The notes under the pieces were generated by a model that saw only the letters and a program-made list of their open reading frames with translations, made no database searches and was not told the DNA's origin. The position numbers were made by a program, and so were the translations under genes. A stretch of DNA of 64,000 nucleotides, taken from Lama glama (lineage: Eukaryota). The stretch is from the NCBI GenBank assembly GCA_028534125.1, contig CM052817.1:95234001-95298000 (forward strand). The letters run 5' to 3'. Below are positions 51,320 to 64,000 of the stretch, piece by piece. Within the stretch, counting starts at the first letter, position 1. The number at the start of each line of letters is the position of its first letter.

Positions 51320-51452
51320 TTTTTTGATTTTTTTTGAGGGGGAGGTGTTAGGTTTATTTATGTATTTATTTATTATTAATGGAGGTACTGGGGATTGAAC
51401 CTACCTCATGCATGCTAAGCACGCGCTTTACCACCGAGCTAGACCCTCCCCC
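51320..51452 (-). mobile_element. Camelid tRNA-Ala SINE (Vic-1-like)
   Basis: ggaggtactggggattgaacct...catgcatgctaagcacgcgctttaccaccgagctagaccctccccc; AATAAA repeats and A tail. Confidence 0.88.
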
Positions 51453-52229
51453 CAGAGTACATTTCGATGGTGCTATTTATATCAGCGCTCTAGCACAAAG
51501 CATTATATATAGCTGCAAAGCCATCTACAGAGTGACACAGGAAATTTGATTCACAGTGCGGGCAGCTGATCTAAATCACTTTTTGTTTCTCATCTTAAAG
51601 GCCGCCTCATAAAATCTACTTGCTTTTGCCAAGCTCTTCAAATAGTCCCTGAGCCACCACATGAGTGAGCTCCTGCGTCTGGGCCTTGACTGATTGCTCT
51701 GCCGCGGTCTACGTGGGTGGCTTCAGAGTTGCACTGAGGGCTCTTATGTGGTTTTTTTGGCTGATGGGCTATTTCAACTGCCCCATCCTTACGGGTAGCA
51801 TCTCAAATTTGACTGGCTCTGATGAGGACAGTCCTTCGAGAGAAATAGTTAGTGAAAATTCTTTGTGATAGAAATACAAATCTGTCTCCCTTTCCCGGCA
51901 TGGAAAATTCCCTGTCTCCGAAAACTGCCAAAGACTTGGAAGAATTAGATTGTGTCTCAGTTTAATGAATAGGAAGCCAACGAAAACATCTTCATCCTTG
52001 CTGCCTGCGAGTCCCTAAAAGCTGATGAATTAGAAGATAAAAGTTTAAAAAAAAAAAAAGAAGACAAGAAATTCTGTTGGCATCTGCCATGTTACATGAC
52101 CGTGCCTAAGCACGTGATTTATCACAGACTGCAGTGGACAGTTCAGCTGGGTTCACCAAGTGTTTATTGAGTACCTATTTGGTTCCAGTTGCTATACTGG
52201 GTAATCTGGCTACAAAACTGAATGAAATA

Positions 52230-52690
52230 TGGGTTGTAGGTTGGGTTCTCTGGAGAGCAGAAACTGGGTTGGAGTGAAGAGTGCAGAAGGTTTTCACAGG
52301 AGAGGCACCTCTGGAAGAAGAGGGTGGGGAAGGCAGGACTCAGCGGAGAAGGTGGTCAGACATGATGAAGACCTGACAAGGTCTCGGCCAGCCCAACAGG
52401 AAGTTCCGGAGCAGGTCACCGTTGGAGGAGGCCCACGTTGTGTGCAAAGGGCTAGGCTCTTACACCTTACTTGTTGGCTGGGGGCCACTTCAAGGAGAAT
52501 CTGACCTCTTGTAGCACCACCTTACTCTATCATGAATGGGATCTTCTCTGAGGAGATCGTGAACTTGCTTGAATGCTGAGGTGAATCCTGAAGAAGCCAA
52601 CAACTGAAATCTGCCAGGTAGCCATCGCCCTCCTCCTGATCCGCAAGGTCTTTCTTGAAGGTGTGCTGAACTTATCTCCATGTCTGCCAT
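52230..52690 (-). mobile_element. 3' LTR of an ERVL provirus (LTR16-like)
   Basis: tgtaggttgggttctctggagagcaga end; the other end near tgtctgccatc abuts internal sequence. Confidence 0.65.
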
Positions 52691-55600
52691 CGTCCAGCCT
52701 TGGGGCACACAGATCTACTTCTTCATGATATACGGAAACAACTCCTCATGGGCTCTGGTGGAGTGCCCTTCCTGAGGGGAAACTTGGATAGAGGGAGGTT
52801 TGTGTGACAAAATAGAGCCCCCATCTCTGCAGTTGTCTCAAGGCCCCAGCTGGCACCCATCACCTTCCCTCTACTCTCGCCATTCTAAATTCCCTTCACT
52901 CTAACCTACCGCCTATGTTGGTCTTTGCAGTTTTCCTGAAGTCTGACTTCCTGTGAAATGCGGCCTTCTCTGCCCAGGCTTGTGTGTTTCCATTCTTGTG
53001 GGTGAAGAGTACCAAGAGGTGCTCATGTTGGGTCACCTGAGCCCCCCTCTTCCTCCTTGTCTCTGTTGGGTAACAGGAAGCCTTCCTCTTCATTGCTGTT
53101 CAGGGTCCATTACTTCTGACAAGATGGTGACTCCTCTTCCTGCTGGTCCCTGAACACAAAAATCCTGAAGTGCTCAGACGGCAGCTAGCTTTATCTTGTA
53201 CTTCAGTGAGACCCTTGCTGCGACCCCTGGTGACAGCTTGCCCCCTTTGGGTGCAAGGGCTTCTCATCCTGGAGAGCCCAGAGTTGTGGAGACAAGAATC
53301 TACAGAACACCCCAGTAGATCCCTGGAGTGATAGTAACTAAGGCCAACTCTACTTTCATCCCTTGGTTCCAGACCCATGTATATTTCCTGATGGTTACAG
53401 CACCATAGAGAGGTCCCTGATTCAATGAGTGTACTGCTCCCCAGAGGATGGTGTGCTATCCTTACAAGGCACTGCTTCTGAGCTGGTGCTCCAGCCGCCC
53501 CTTCAGGAGGCTGTGTATTGCTCTAACAGGCTGGCAGCTTCTGGGTGTTGTGGGTGAACTGGTATATGCTATCCTGTCATCATATGCACCATGTTTTTGC
53601 TCCTCTATCCTGATAAAATGGATTCCCTGGTTGGATGTGATGTTATGTTGGAATTCCATATCTGTAGATCAGGCATTCCATAAATTCCCAGTTAGCAGTG
53701 CTCCACTGTGGGCAAGAAAGGCAAACCTCGCCAGGAATAAGTGTCTGTTCTTGTGAGAAGAAACCGCGGGAATTTCCAAGATGGAAGAATCCCAGTGACG
53801 TCAGCTTGCTACCGAGTGGCCAACTGGTTTCCTTAAAGAGCACTACCATATCAAAGGGCTAGCATTGGTCTCTGTTGTTGGCTGGTTGGATACGGAACAT
53901 TGGATATGGTTGGACATGGTTAGCTAGATTGGCCTTAGTTAGTGGAAGTCTGTGCTCTTGGGTCCATGCATAATCCCTGTTTCAGTTGTTGTGGCAAGTT
54001 TGTGTGTATATTTTGCCTCCACTGCAGTAGATACTGATAAAGGTAGCTAGCCTAAACTGGCCAACTCACTTTGTCTGCTTGGTAATTTACATACTTCATT
54101 TGCAATTCCATATACTTATCCCGTTCCTCTACCCCACAATTCCTTGCTTTGAAGATTGAACTGGCAGCTTTCAGTCTTTTCCCTTCTTGATCTCCAACTA
54201 ACCAGACAAGCCATTTTCCCTTCCCACGAGTCCATCTATATTCCATCTCAGACTACTTCTCCTTTCACAAAAAGTGATTACGTCCAGGTACACCACATAA
54301 CACTCTACCCATTGAGAAGACTTTCCCTTTATAATTGTCTCTCCAGGCCACTCTTGAGTGGGAATGTCATACAGCTGTCATACAATTTTTGGCTTGCACA
54401 TGCTGAGCCAGTCCATCTGTAAACTGAGCTTGGGCATTTTCCTCCTCTTTCTTTTGATCATACAGATCTCCCTCTCTTTCTCCTGATACAACCAGAGGTA
54501 TGAGCTGGGGGCGGGATGCTGGTGAAACCTTGATGGATGACATGGGGGTCTGGGCTCCCTGCTCATGCAGCTTGCTGTGTCCTTTGGTCCTGCCGAAGCT
54601 CAAGCTTGGATGCATATTTCCATTTTATGATGGATTGCTGCTGGACTCTCACCTCCTTCCAATTTGGCAGGTTCAGTAGACTCCAGCTCATATTATACAG
54701 TTCAGGATGCATAATCACTTTGGCGTCCCATGCTCCAACATTCCAGTTCTCTATCATGACTCAGCAGCACTCTAAGACCCACTTTTCAAAAGGTGTGTAT
54801 GTGAGTCTCCATTGCAGATGGACTTGTATTGCTTCAGAGCCCTAGCATCTGCACTGGGCTTCTCCCCCTTGGGCTTGTCATAAGCTCTCCCCTGTATCTC
54901 ATTTCCATCACTGATATCTCCATCATCATGATGTCTACTAAATCATACGGCCCAAGTGGCGGAGCACTGCACTTCTAGACCTGCTGCAGATCCCTATCTT
55001 GCTCTTGATCCTCTTGAGTATGGCAGGATTCTGTGTCACCTAGTTAATAGACTGAAGTACACCTGATGTGGAACATGGTACCCTAGAACACAAAGAAGCC
55101 TAGTAAGTGTTATGATTCCTTGTTAACAGTAGGAGGTATCAAGTACAGCAATCTAGTTTAGAGGGATAGCATCGAATATCCCTGACCATTGGATCCCCTA
55201 AATGCTCAAGTAGCAGCCCCCTCAAACTTCATAAGGTTTATTTCCATCCTCTGGAGCACATGTGTGATAGCACATGTCACAAAATCTCCAGGAAGCTAGT
55301 CACCTCTTGCTCATTATGTCCTATCAGCATGATGTCACTGATGTAATGGATAGATCAGATGCTCTGCAAAGAAATCCAAATGGTCCAGATTACTCCAGAT
55401 TATATTATCACTGAGGATGGGAGGGTTCACATAGTCTTAGGGGAAAATTATATATTGTCTTTTCCATGCGATTGCAATGTGTTTCTGATCCTCTTTCCTG
55501 AATGGGATATATAAAGATGAGTTTGCCAAGCAGATCGTTGCATGACATGTTCCTGAGGCCACATTGATCTACTCGAGAAAGGAGGCACCACAGTTGACAC

Positions 55601-56920
55601 AGCAACTGCAGCTGGGGCTGTTACTCAGTGGAGTGTGTGGAAGTCTGTAGTCATTTTCCAGGATCTGTCCAGCTTCCGTACGGTGAGGCTGGCAAGTTAC
55701 ATTGAGATATGGTGGGGATGGCCACCCTGGAATCCTTTGGATCTTTAACAGTACCATTAATATCCAGCATCCCGACCACAACCCCAGGATGCAGAATTGG
55801 TTTTGATTTACTCTCTTGGCTCGAGGGAAATGGGTGGGGCATTTAGGATCCTTCCACTTGGCCTTCCCCACTATGATAGTTTTACCCTACAGGCCAGAGA
55901 CCCAGTAGAGCCCAGGGTTCCAACTGCCAGGTATGTCAATCACAGTAATGCATCCAGGGACAGGAAAATGAAGTCGGACTTTGACCAGGTCTTCCTTCTT
56001 AACTACCCCATCTGTCCCCACTCTCACGGGGTGAAGACGCTTCAGATTTCTAGAACTTCATGTCAACTTGGACTCTGTGTCCCACAGACCTTTCAAAGTC
56101 TGGATATTCCCATTTCTGCAGTGTATAGCCCCTCAAGCACATGGCTGAAGGTTGCTTTGGGGAAGGACTCAGGGAATGTATACAGGACACGCTTGCCATG
56201 GCGTTGCAGGCTCTTTCTTCTTGGGGACCTAGACAATAGGTTCTGGATTTGAAAACTGGCTCAGGTAGGAAGCTGAGCAAGGGATCATGAATGTTTTATT
56301 TGGGCAGCCTTCTTCCCAGCTTCCTGCTTCTCCATTCGTGCTTTCTTTTCACTCTAAATGTGAAGCAGCACTCTTGTTGACGACCTATCTTGCCCATAAG
56401 GACACCATGTTCAATTAACCATCTCTACAACTCTCTGAGGGTCAAAGCCTCTTGGCTGCTCCTCTTACCTGGCTTCTAGTGACAAAGTACCCCATGTCAC
56501 TGACATGGCCTCTATTGCTATGAAAGAGCCCAGCTCTGTGACCATCCCCTGTATCGTCAGCCCTGGCCTGCAGAAGAGAGCCATCACTGAACCTCCTAGT
56601 GATGCTGGTGTCTCCCTCTCACCAACACATTCCCGACTGCCTTGGTGAATGGTGTGTTCTCTGGTGGATCTTTCGGCCTCACATGATATATCCATTCTAG
56701 CATATCCACGTCTCTTAGCATTTTTGTTCCTTCTAGTGTTTCTCATAGAAGCTCAGGCATTTCAGCCTTGCTCAGGGTGGGCAACTGCTTCCTTCGAGTC
56801 CCTAGGGGCCACATTAGCAGTGAGATTGCCCCTAGGGTCCTTTCAAGGGTATCACATCCCATGTCACTAAAGAGCTGAGAATATACTCTATGGATGAATA
56901 AGAACCGTGCTAAGGGGCTG
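52690..56920 (-). mobile_element. Decayed ERVL internal region (ERV3-16A3/HERV16-like gag-pro-pol)
   Basis: Minus-strand remnants in retroviral order: protease LWDTESKLT (about 56065-56088), GKAKWK..VNQ, SWRMTTDF, RT IHYISDIMLIG (YIDD motif, about 55320-55352), VIMHPELYNMSW...QQQSIIKWK, AQFTDG (RNase H). Many stops and frameshifts. Confidence 0.88.
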
Positions 56921-56959
56921 TGTTCAGAGAACCACATGTGGGAATCTTAAGTACACCTG

Positions 56960-57560
56960 GATCTGATTTAGATGACTTCTAAGCCTGACTCATGAAGGCA
57001 TGAGAATTTGGGGAGTCCCTGGGAGAGTGTGAGTGCATTTTGCATGTGGGAGAAATGTAAATCATTGTAAATAATAATACTGAGGCCAGAGGGCAGGCTT
57101 TGATAGTTTTGAAATATGCCTAAATTTTTTTTGATAGTCTTCGCATCAAGTAGTGGAGTCTATGTCCTCTACTCTTACACCAGGTAGGTCTTGGTGGCTG
57201 CCTGGACTTCACAGAGTATAATGGAAACGATGCTATGTGACATCCAAGGCTTGGTCATAAGAAGCCTACTCATTTCCTTCTTGGCCTCTCAGAATCTCAG
57301 ACACTATATTGTGAGGAAGCCCAAACGAGCCTATGGGGAGAGGCCAAATAGAGTGGCCACCTGTCGGTCCTCAGACTGAAAGATCAGCTGAGGTCCCAGT
57401 GAACAGCCAGTAATGACTGCTAGACATCTAAGTAAAGGCGCCTCCTGACAGGACCCTGATTTCAGACTTCTGGCCTTCAGAACTAGGGGAGACTAAATGT
57501 CTATTAGTTTAAGCCACTAAGTTTGCAGTAATTTGTCATGGCAGCCCTAGGAAAGTGCCA
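56960..57560 (+). mobile_element. MLT1 internal 3' end plus MLT1E/F-type LTR
   Basis: gtgagtgcattttgcatgtgggaga...ggccagagggcag (end of MLT1 internal), then an LTR ending tttaagccactaagtttgcagtaatttgtcatggcagccctagga. Confidence 0.7.
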
Positions 57561-57719
57561 GAGAGAGCAGTAACCTATGGTTTATTTAGGATTCACTATG
57601 CCAGGTAAAGTTGAACCGTAGGAAATTGTCAATATCTGACTGTTCAACCTAATTGTTTATATATCTAACTTATTTAATTTTCTCTGTGTCACACACACTC
57701 ACAAATACTTTTCTTGAAT

Positions 57720-57880
57720 ATGTTTGCAACAACCATTTGAAGTATTACTATCTTTATTTGACAGATGAGGAAACTGAGGTTCAGAGAGACCAAGTAATTC
57801 GCTCATGGTCTCACAGTCAATAAATCACAAAGTAGAAAACAAACTCAAAATGTCAGATCCTAAAATCCATGTAGTCCAAT
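57720..57880 (-). mobile_element. MIR SINE
   Basis: tttgacagatgaggaaactgaggttcagagag...ggtctcacagtc. Confidence 0.8.
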
Positions 57881-57881
57881 T

Positions 57882-58045
57882 CAGCACTTCTTAAACGTCA
57901 ATGTGTAGAAAAGTTACCTAAGGTTCTTATTAAAATGTAGATCATGGTTCAGTGGGTCTGGGATGAGACTGAGGTTCTGCATGTCTGAGAAGCTACCTAA
58001 TAATATGCCAGCACTGCTGATCGGGTCACACTTTGAGTATTGAGC
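57882..58045. mobile_element. MER5-type hAT-Charlie MITE
   Basis: ttcttattaaaatgtagat...tcagtgggtctgggatgagactgaggttctgcatgtct...cacactttgagta. Confidence 0.8.
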
Positions 58046-60510
58046 ACAAGCATCCTGCCTTTCTTGACACTAGATACTTGATAATGTCATTTCTTTTGGA
58101 GTAATTATTGAATTCCTGTCACATCCAGGTGGAATCACAGTGCAGATGGTTGAAAATATGGGGCTGGACTCTTTTGGAGAAACAAGTGTTGGAGGCATTG
58201 CTTTGGAGACATCAGCAAAGGTAAATAGTGGAAAACATGTGAATGGAGGAGCTGAAAAAAATTTCTTCTGCTAAAATTTTTTTTTACTAATTCATTCCTT
58301 TTTGATGGAACTGATTGAAAAGCAAGGGAAAACCTAGGTGTTCTCTGCATAATAATTTTAAAATATTTTCTATTCATAACGTATATTCTCAAAGTAGCAT
58401 TTTTAAATGTCTTAACTGGATAGGTTTAAATGCTCTCAATTAGTGTTGCCTCATGGTTAATTTATGGTGACCCACATGCCTGATTAACGAAATTCTTATG
58501 ACCAGAAGTTTAAGTGGAAGCTTTAGTAGTACTTCTTTCACAGTATAGTTTTGGTTTAATGGAGCAAGGGAAAGAGCTGGGAAAAGGTTAAGGGTGCTCA
58601 CATTTTTTTATGGCCAGGAATAAATATGAGCTCAAAAGTTTCCAGATATCAGGGATGTCACCAAGGTGCAGCAGGAACACCATGTACCAAGGAACAAGCA
58701 AGTGGAAGGGGACATATCTTTAAATTTTTAAAGAATTTTTTTCTTGAAGACTTGCGTAGAAGTCTGGGATTAGTCTGTGTTTGGGAATCAGTAAAGAGAC
58801 TCATTTTAGACTCAGATCTACTATAAAGGATCTCTTTACTTCATTTGCAATATTTTAGGAGCTAATTTGCAACATCTGCCTAAGTAAATAGAACATACTT
58901 GAAAAGTAGAGAAGCGAAACCATGTGTCTGAAAAATTGCACACAAGTACTTGATAGATTAACTAAATCAAACCCAGATGGGCATGCGGCCCTGTAGAATC
59001 TTGGTAGTATTTTTGCACATCATTTGACAAAGTCCACACTATTAAAGTCAAGTGGAATCTTCAAGGCCAAGGAATCCCTAGCATTAAATATATGATTAAG
59101 AAAGTAATAGATGGTTTCCATTGCACTGGCTAAGGACTTGCAGAGACATTTCCTCTGAGTGCCAGAGTTCAGAGGTTCCTTGGAGAAAACTGGCCATTGT
59201 AGCCTGGCTTCTGACTAACTTAGAATGTTGTTATTGTAGAAAGGCCTAAATTGTTCATTTGTGAGTAGTTTTTAGTAGTGATCTCATCCAAGCATCAAAC
59301 ACTTAGACCTTTTTAGATCTTGAAATCCATTACCACCCATTGATGACTTGATAGGATCATTTATCTTCCAGTAATAAGTATTTACAACCATAGATATTTT
59401 TACAGAATATATATGTATAGTCTGTTCAATAAATCAGAAGGAGAAATAAATCTGGGGAACCAAAATGAGGATGATTTTTTCATAACATATTCGAGGGGGA
59501 GTCCTTCAAGGTGATTAACGGACAATTCAAGGGATCTTGATAGTGGCTAATTAAGGTTGATCAACTAGCAGAGTTCACTTATCTCCAGTTGGATGAACTA
59601 TATTATATTTATTCAATGATAAAACTAATTATTATAAGGAATTGTGATCTAGTCAGTAAATAGATCTGAATGCTTAAGCCTGGTGATTCTTTAGCCCATG
59701 TAAGGTGAAGTAAGTTGCCCAAACTGAAATGAAGATATTTGGAAAAGCATGTGGCAAGTCACAAAATTGATATTCTTCCTCTAAAGGAGAGATGGTATGT
59801 TACTATTTCTGTATTATTATTTTTTCTTTAACTGATGTATGTTTTTCTGTAATTTAAAATTTCCAATGAAGTAAGTAAGTAATTCCAAGTAAGTTTATAA
59901 TGACTCCAGCAGTTGCATTTTGAAGGAATACATGATGGTTTATCTAGAAGTTACAGTGATTTATTGACTATCCCAAACTCAAAATACATTCCACAGTAAA
60001 GTTTCTTTCTGTTACAAGGACCACACTAAGCATAGTCTCTTGATAAAATTTTTTTGATGATTTTTAGAAAATCCATTCCACCCTTAAACTTGAGTAAGCA
60101 CAAAGCATTCTACACTAAGACATTTTCTTGGCTTTCTTTTAGAACTCCATGAAAAATCAAATTAATTTCCACTTCACCATTTGTGGTTGTGGTTGGAAGA
60201 TGCCAAACATTGTTTTAGTTCTTTTCATTTAGGGATTAAAAGATAAATCGACCCTCTGTGAATGCACTTATTATACACGATATGGTCTTATTTCAGTCTT
60301 TCAAGTTGACATGCTAACTAAGAGTTACAAAATGATGACCAAGACCTTGGGAATTGGTCCTGATTAATATCTTCACCCCCACGTTATCCTGCCCATTCAG
60401 CCCTGCACTTAGCTATGACCTCGTGCATTGTACCTACCACATTGAATGGAAATCATATGCTGTGTGTCCATTTCCCTCTCCAAAAGATAAGCTCAGGATA
60501 AGAACCATCT

Positions 60511-60930
60511 TGTGGCAGATACGGTAATGGATGGTTCAGATCCTTTAAGAAAGGACCCCCTACAGTTAGCTCCTTCAGGATCTAGCTCAGCATTTAAGTC
60601 AAGGTCACTTGTTTCTTGGGTCAGCTTCCAGCCACTGACTGAGCAAAGCAGAGTGGCTGAGCTCTCTCCTCGGGCAGCCCCTAGCTTGTGACAATCTTAG
60701 GAGGTGGTAAAAAGGTCTGGCATTCTCAAGATTCCTCTCACAGGTAGTGTTTGCTGGAGCTCAGACATCTCACGGGGCTGATAGATACTTGTCACATCTG
60801 CATTGCGGTCTGCTACTCATCCTGCCCAATCCTGTTTCCATCCCTTATCTTTCACAATTATTCCATCTCAAAAGCTTTTGTACTCCTCAGTCAAGCTCAT
60901 ATCTGCTTTCTGGAGAATCCAACCTGTGCC
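60511..60930 (+). mobile_element. LTR16-like ERVL 5' LTR
   Basis: tgtggcagatac...gttagctccttcaggatct...atctgctttctggagaatccaacctgtg. Confidence 0.75.
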
Positions 60931-62220
60931 TCTTGGTGCCAGAAGCAGTCCAAGAAAGCAGGCAGGAAGGTGGGGTGTAGGAGCCAAGTCACTCACTCCT
61001 TTGCTGGAAACAAGGAACCAATTCCTGGTGGTGGTTGGTGCACAGATATTCCCTGGAAGAAGGTGGCAGGCTAATTGATAAGACTTTCCAAGGTAGAGCT
61101 GGGCTGTGCCTGCAGAGGGAAATGCAGTAGTCTAAAGGATGAGTCAGGCATTTGAAATCTGTGGGGGAACGAGAAATAATAATGATAGTGGAATTGGGTG
61201 GGTGTTTTTAAGTTGCATTGAAACTCTATAGGTTGATACTGAAAATCTGAGAGCAATTAGCAAATGGAAAACTAAGTGTAAAAGGCAGAGGATCTCTTTG
61301 GTAGCTTTCGAGGGTGCCCTAATCATATGTAATGGGCTCACAAAAACACTGAAGATTGTGTCCAGGATTTGGTTATCAGACTGGTGAAACTTCAAAGATG
61401 GTTGAAAGCTCAACTAAGGTAGTCATGACTCTGGCTGGCTGGGAAAACCTGAGTCCCTGACACATGAGATGAGGACATCTGGATGGATGCCTTGGTAGAT
61501 TTTGACCCCCATCCCCAGGCTATTCCTGAACCCTGGGATGTGCAGGTGTGGTTTCCCCTCCTCAATATGAGCTGGCACACAAGAGTGTTGTCTGAGTGTC
61601 ATCATGATCTCCTGAAGAGGCAGCTGACGTGCCAGTTCATAGGCCACACTCTGGTCCTACTTCTCTCCCCTCACTGTCACCCTATCATTATAATCACATC
61701 ACTTTCTTTGGCTAAAATAATAACTTTTCGTTTTATGTGTTATGACTGTCAATATTGTTTTCTACAGAACCAAGTAAATGTAGTGTATTATATATTTTCT
61801 TTCATAATCTATTGTTTTTTCTGGAGTTACTGCCTAGCTCTTTATACACACGCACACGCACACATCACCATACCGAGTATACACTGTAAAGCTTACCCTA
61901 GTCTTTCACTAGAGACCTAAAACCATTTACTTGAGTAACAGGATATTGAGAAAAAGGGAATAAACAGATATTGTGATATCTTATTGGACATAGGATCCAA
62001 GTCAACATTGGTATCCAGAGATACCATCCATCATCATAGTCTCCTGGTAGAGAGAGTGCACACAGGAGGTCAGGTTAGAGAAGAAGTTCTGGACAAAGTC
62101 TGGCTTACAGTCAGAGCCCACTGACGCACTGAGTGGTCATTTCTTTGGCCCCCAAGTGTATGATTGGGATTCACATGCTTGGCAACCGGAGTAACCCCCA
62201 CATTGGGTCCTTGGCCTCAT
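60930..62220 (+). mobile_element. Decayed ERVL internal region (leader/gag 60930-61600; protease 61930-62220), interrupted by an old L1-like piece
   Basis: ttggtgccagaag directly after the LTR; gag-like gaggacatctggatggat; protease motif ttattggacataggatccaag (LLDIGS). Confidence 0.7.
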
Positions 62221-62929
62221 TCTCCTTTGAGCAGGTGGGAGTGTCAAGAGCTGTCTGCATAGTATTCCCACTGTTCCATTTTCAAACATTCAATTCATCC
62301 TCTTCTTTTTACTGTTCTTCTTCCTTGCCTTCTGTGATACCAGATACTTCCAAGTCCTCCTGAGCCTCTCGGAGCTTTTGTTTGCTTTTAATGAAGTGCC
62401 TTTTTGTAGGCTCTTTAAATTATAGCTGAATCAGTCACCAACTCTTTGATTTACGTTTTCCAAAAATGTATTTAACTGTCTTATTTGCAATATCTCCCCT
62501 GACAATCTATTCTGCTTGTGTTTGCTTCCGAATTTACGTAACTTTAAAATCCATTTATTATCATTTCAGCAGTCTTGGAGAGAAAATCACTCCCAGTCTT
62601 CAATATTTAACTAAGCATCCAGCTTTTTTCTTATGTAAAGCTTTTACCTCTTTCGGCTTCATCAGTTTAAATTTGTATTCTTATGCTTCATTCTACTGGA
62701 TTGTTCTTGGAGTCTATGCCACGTAGAAGGCTTAATCTGTAATTAAGAAATAATTATTTAAAATTAAGAAGTAATATAATACTGTTGTGTGTGTTCTGTA
62801 TGCGTATTCATTTCAATTTGAATTTATTTTTAATTTAATTTTTTAATTAATAAAAAAATAGAGTTGGAGAGTTAAGATGGGGCTGGAATATAAAGATCTT
62901 CACAGCTGAATAGGACCTTGAAAGACACG

Positions 62930-63160
62930 TAATAAACAGCAGCTAGAGCTTATTATGCGCCAGACACTGTGCTAAGTGCTTTATATCCACTACGAAAGAG
63001 GAGCAAATGTTAACTGCATTTTACAGATGACTTTTACAAAGACTGAGGCTCAGAGGGATTACCTAATTTGCCTAAGACTACACAGCTAATAAATGATGGG
63101 GGTGGATTTCAAGGGAAACATTCTGGCTCCAAAGCCAGTGATTCTGATTATCATACTATA
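62930..63160 (-). mobile_element. MIR SINE
   Basis: tatgcgccagacactgtgctaagtgcttta...ttttacagatga...actgaggctcagag...tttgcctaagactacacagctaataaatg. Confidence 0.8.
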
Positions 63161-63259
63161 CTGCATTCTATGGGGCAACCAAGATGTCCTGTAGCTTGGG
63201 AAGATCCGTTGTATTCTGTCATAAGTCACGCATCGCCTGCGTCAGTGAGCGATAATTAT

Positions 63260-63400
63260 TTGTAGACCAGTCTTCCTCCTCCACTAGACTTGTGAGCTCC
63301 TTTGAGGTTATACACATACACATCTCAATCTTTTTTTGTTGTTCACTTCAGCACAATACCCACCATAGAATAAATGTTCAGAAAAATGCGTGCCAAGTGA
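63260..63400 (+). mobile_element. L2 3' end
   Basis: ccactagacttgtgagctcctttgagg...cagcacaatacccaccatag. Confidence 0.6.
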
Positions 63401-63787
63401 ACATTGGCTCCTGATTTCAAACATTAGGAAGGGGAGCTATTTGAAACAAAATATAGTTTTGTGGGGATAGGAAATAAAGGGACTTCTTAACTTTATTTTA
63501 GTACTTATGGGAAAGGAAACAGGAGCGTTTTACTCGGAGCTTGTGGAGGAATTTATTCTTAACTTGGGGGTGTTCTTAACTGGTACCTTAAAAAAAAATC
63601 ATCAAAGTCTGGCTGAGTATCAAGAGAGTCTTGCTATAACTAGTCATGAACTGTGACCAAAAAGGACAGCTCTATATATAAAAATTGTGGTGGCTGATGG
63701 GATGGGTAAAGGAGGAGGAAATGGAGGAAGTGAAGTTTACAGTTTTGTAAATTACAGCCTGTGGCAGGACCAAGATGCCTCACCAAA

Positions 63788-63806
63788 TGGCAGCCAGAGG
63801 GCGAGT
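63788..63806 (+). promoter_or_regulatory. Candidate CTCF binding site
   Basis: tggcagccagagggcgagt resembles the CTCF core TGGCCACCAGGGGGCGC and lies in non-repeat DNA. Confidence 0.45.
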
Positions 63807-64000
63807 GAGCCAAAGGGCGGTTACTCACTCTTGTATAATTAAGGTTGCCTTCGGGTATGATGGAAAGGCTTACATTTTGTATCTCCTTATTAACAGTTAT
63901 GCTAACAAGCAATTTATTCCAAAGGGCAACTGCCAAGACAGCCCCCACCATGGGACTGCAATGACCCAACTCTAAAGATGGGGGGAAAACAAAGAGGAAA

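Noticed and set aside
55797..56252. 151-aa plus-strand ORF
   Set aside because: It is antisense to the decayed ERVL protease/RT region and is not a credible gene.

Overview
Mammalian, AT-rich, repeat-dense DNA that is intergenic or deep intronic. It is most likely from a camelid, judging by five copies of a tRNA-Ala-derived Vic-1-like SINE and artiodactyl-type L1 3' ends. I can support no intact protein-coding exon; the recognisable ORFs in the track come from decayed L1, L2 and ERVL elements or the RPS23 pseudogene, and the rest look spurious. The only recognisable gene is a processed RPS23 pseudogene (21729-22445, minus strand), split by a short L1 insertion that has a target-site duplication (TSD). 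The rest is layered transposable elements: L1, L2, MIR, MaLR and ERVL LTRs, two decayed ERVL (ERV3-16A3/HERV16-like) proviral remnants, and hAT MITEs. The most interesting signals concern retrotransposition mechanism. Two or three SINE copies carry unique 3' sequence inside their TSDs, consistent with Pol III read-through and 3' transduction. There is also an apparent L1-mobilised retrocopy of an LTR transcript end, an orphan poly(A) 3'-end retrocopy that replaced part of an L1, an L1-in-L1 insertion with a homology-matched junction, and a likely twin-primed L1. I found no convincing novel protein-coding system. Repeat family names come from recalled consensus similarity, not a database search, and boundaries of old repeats are approximate.
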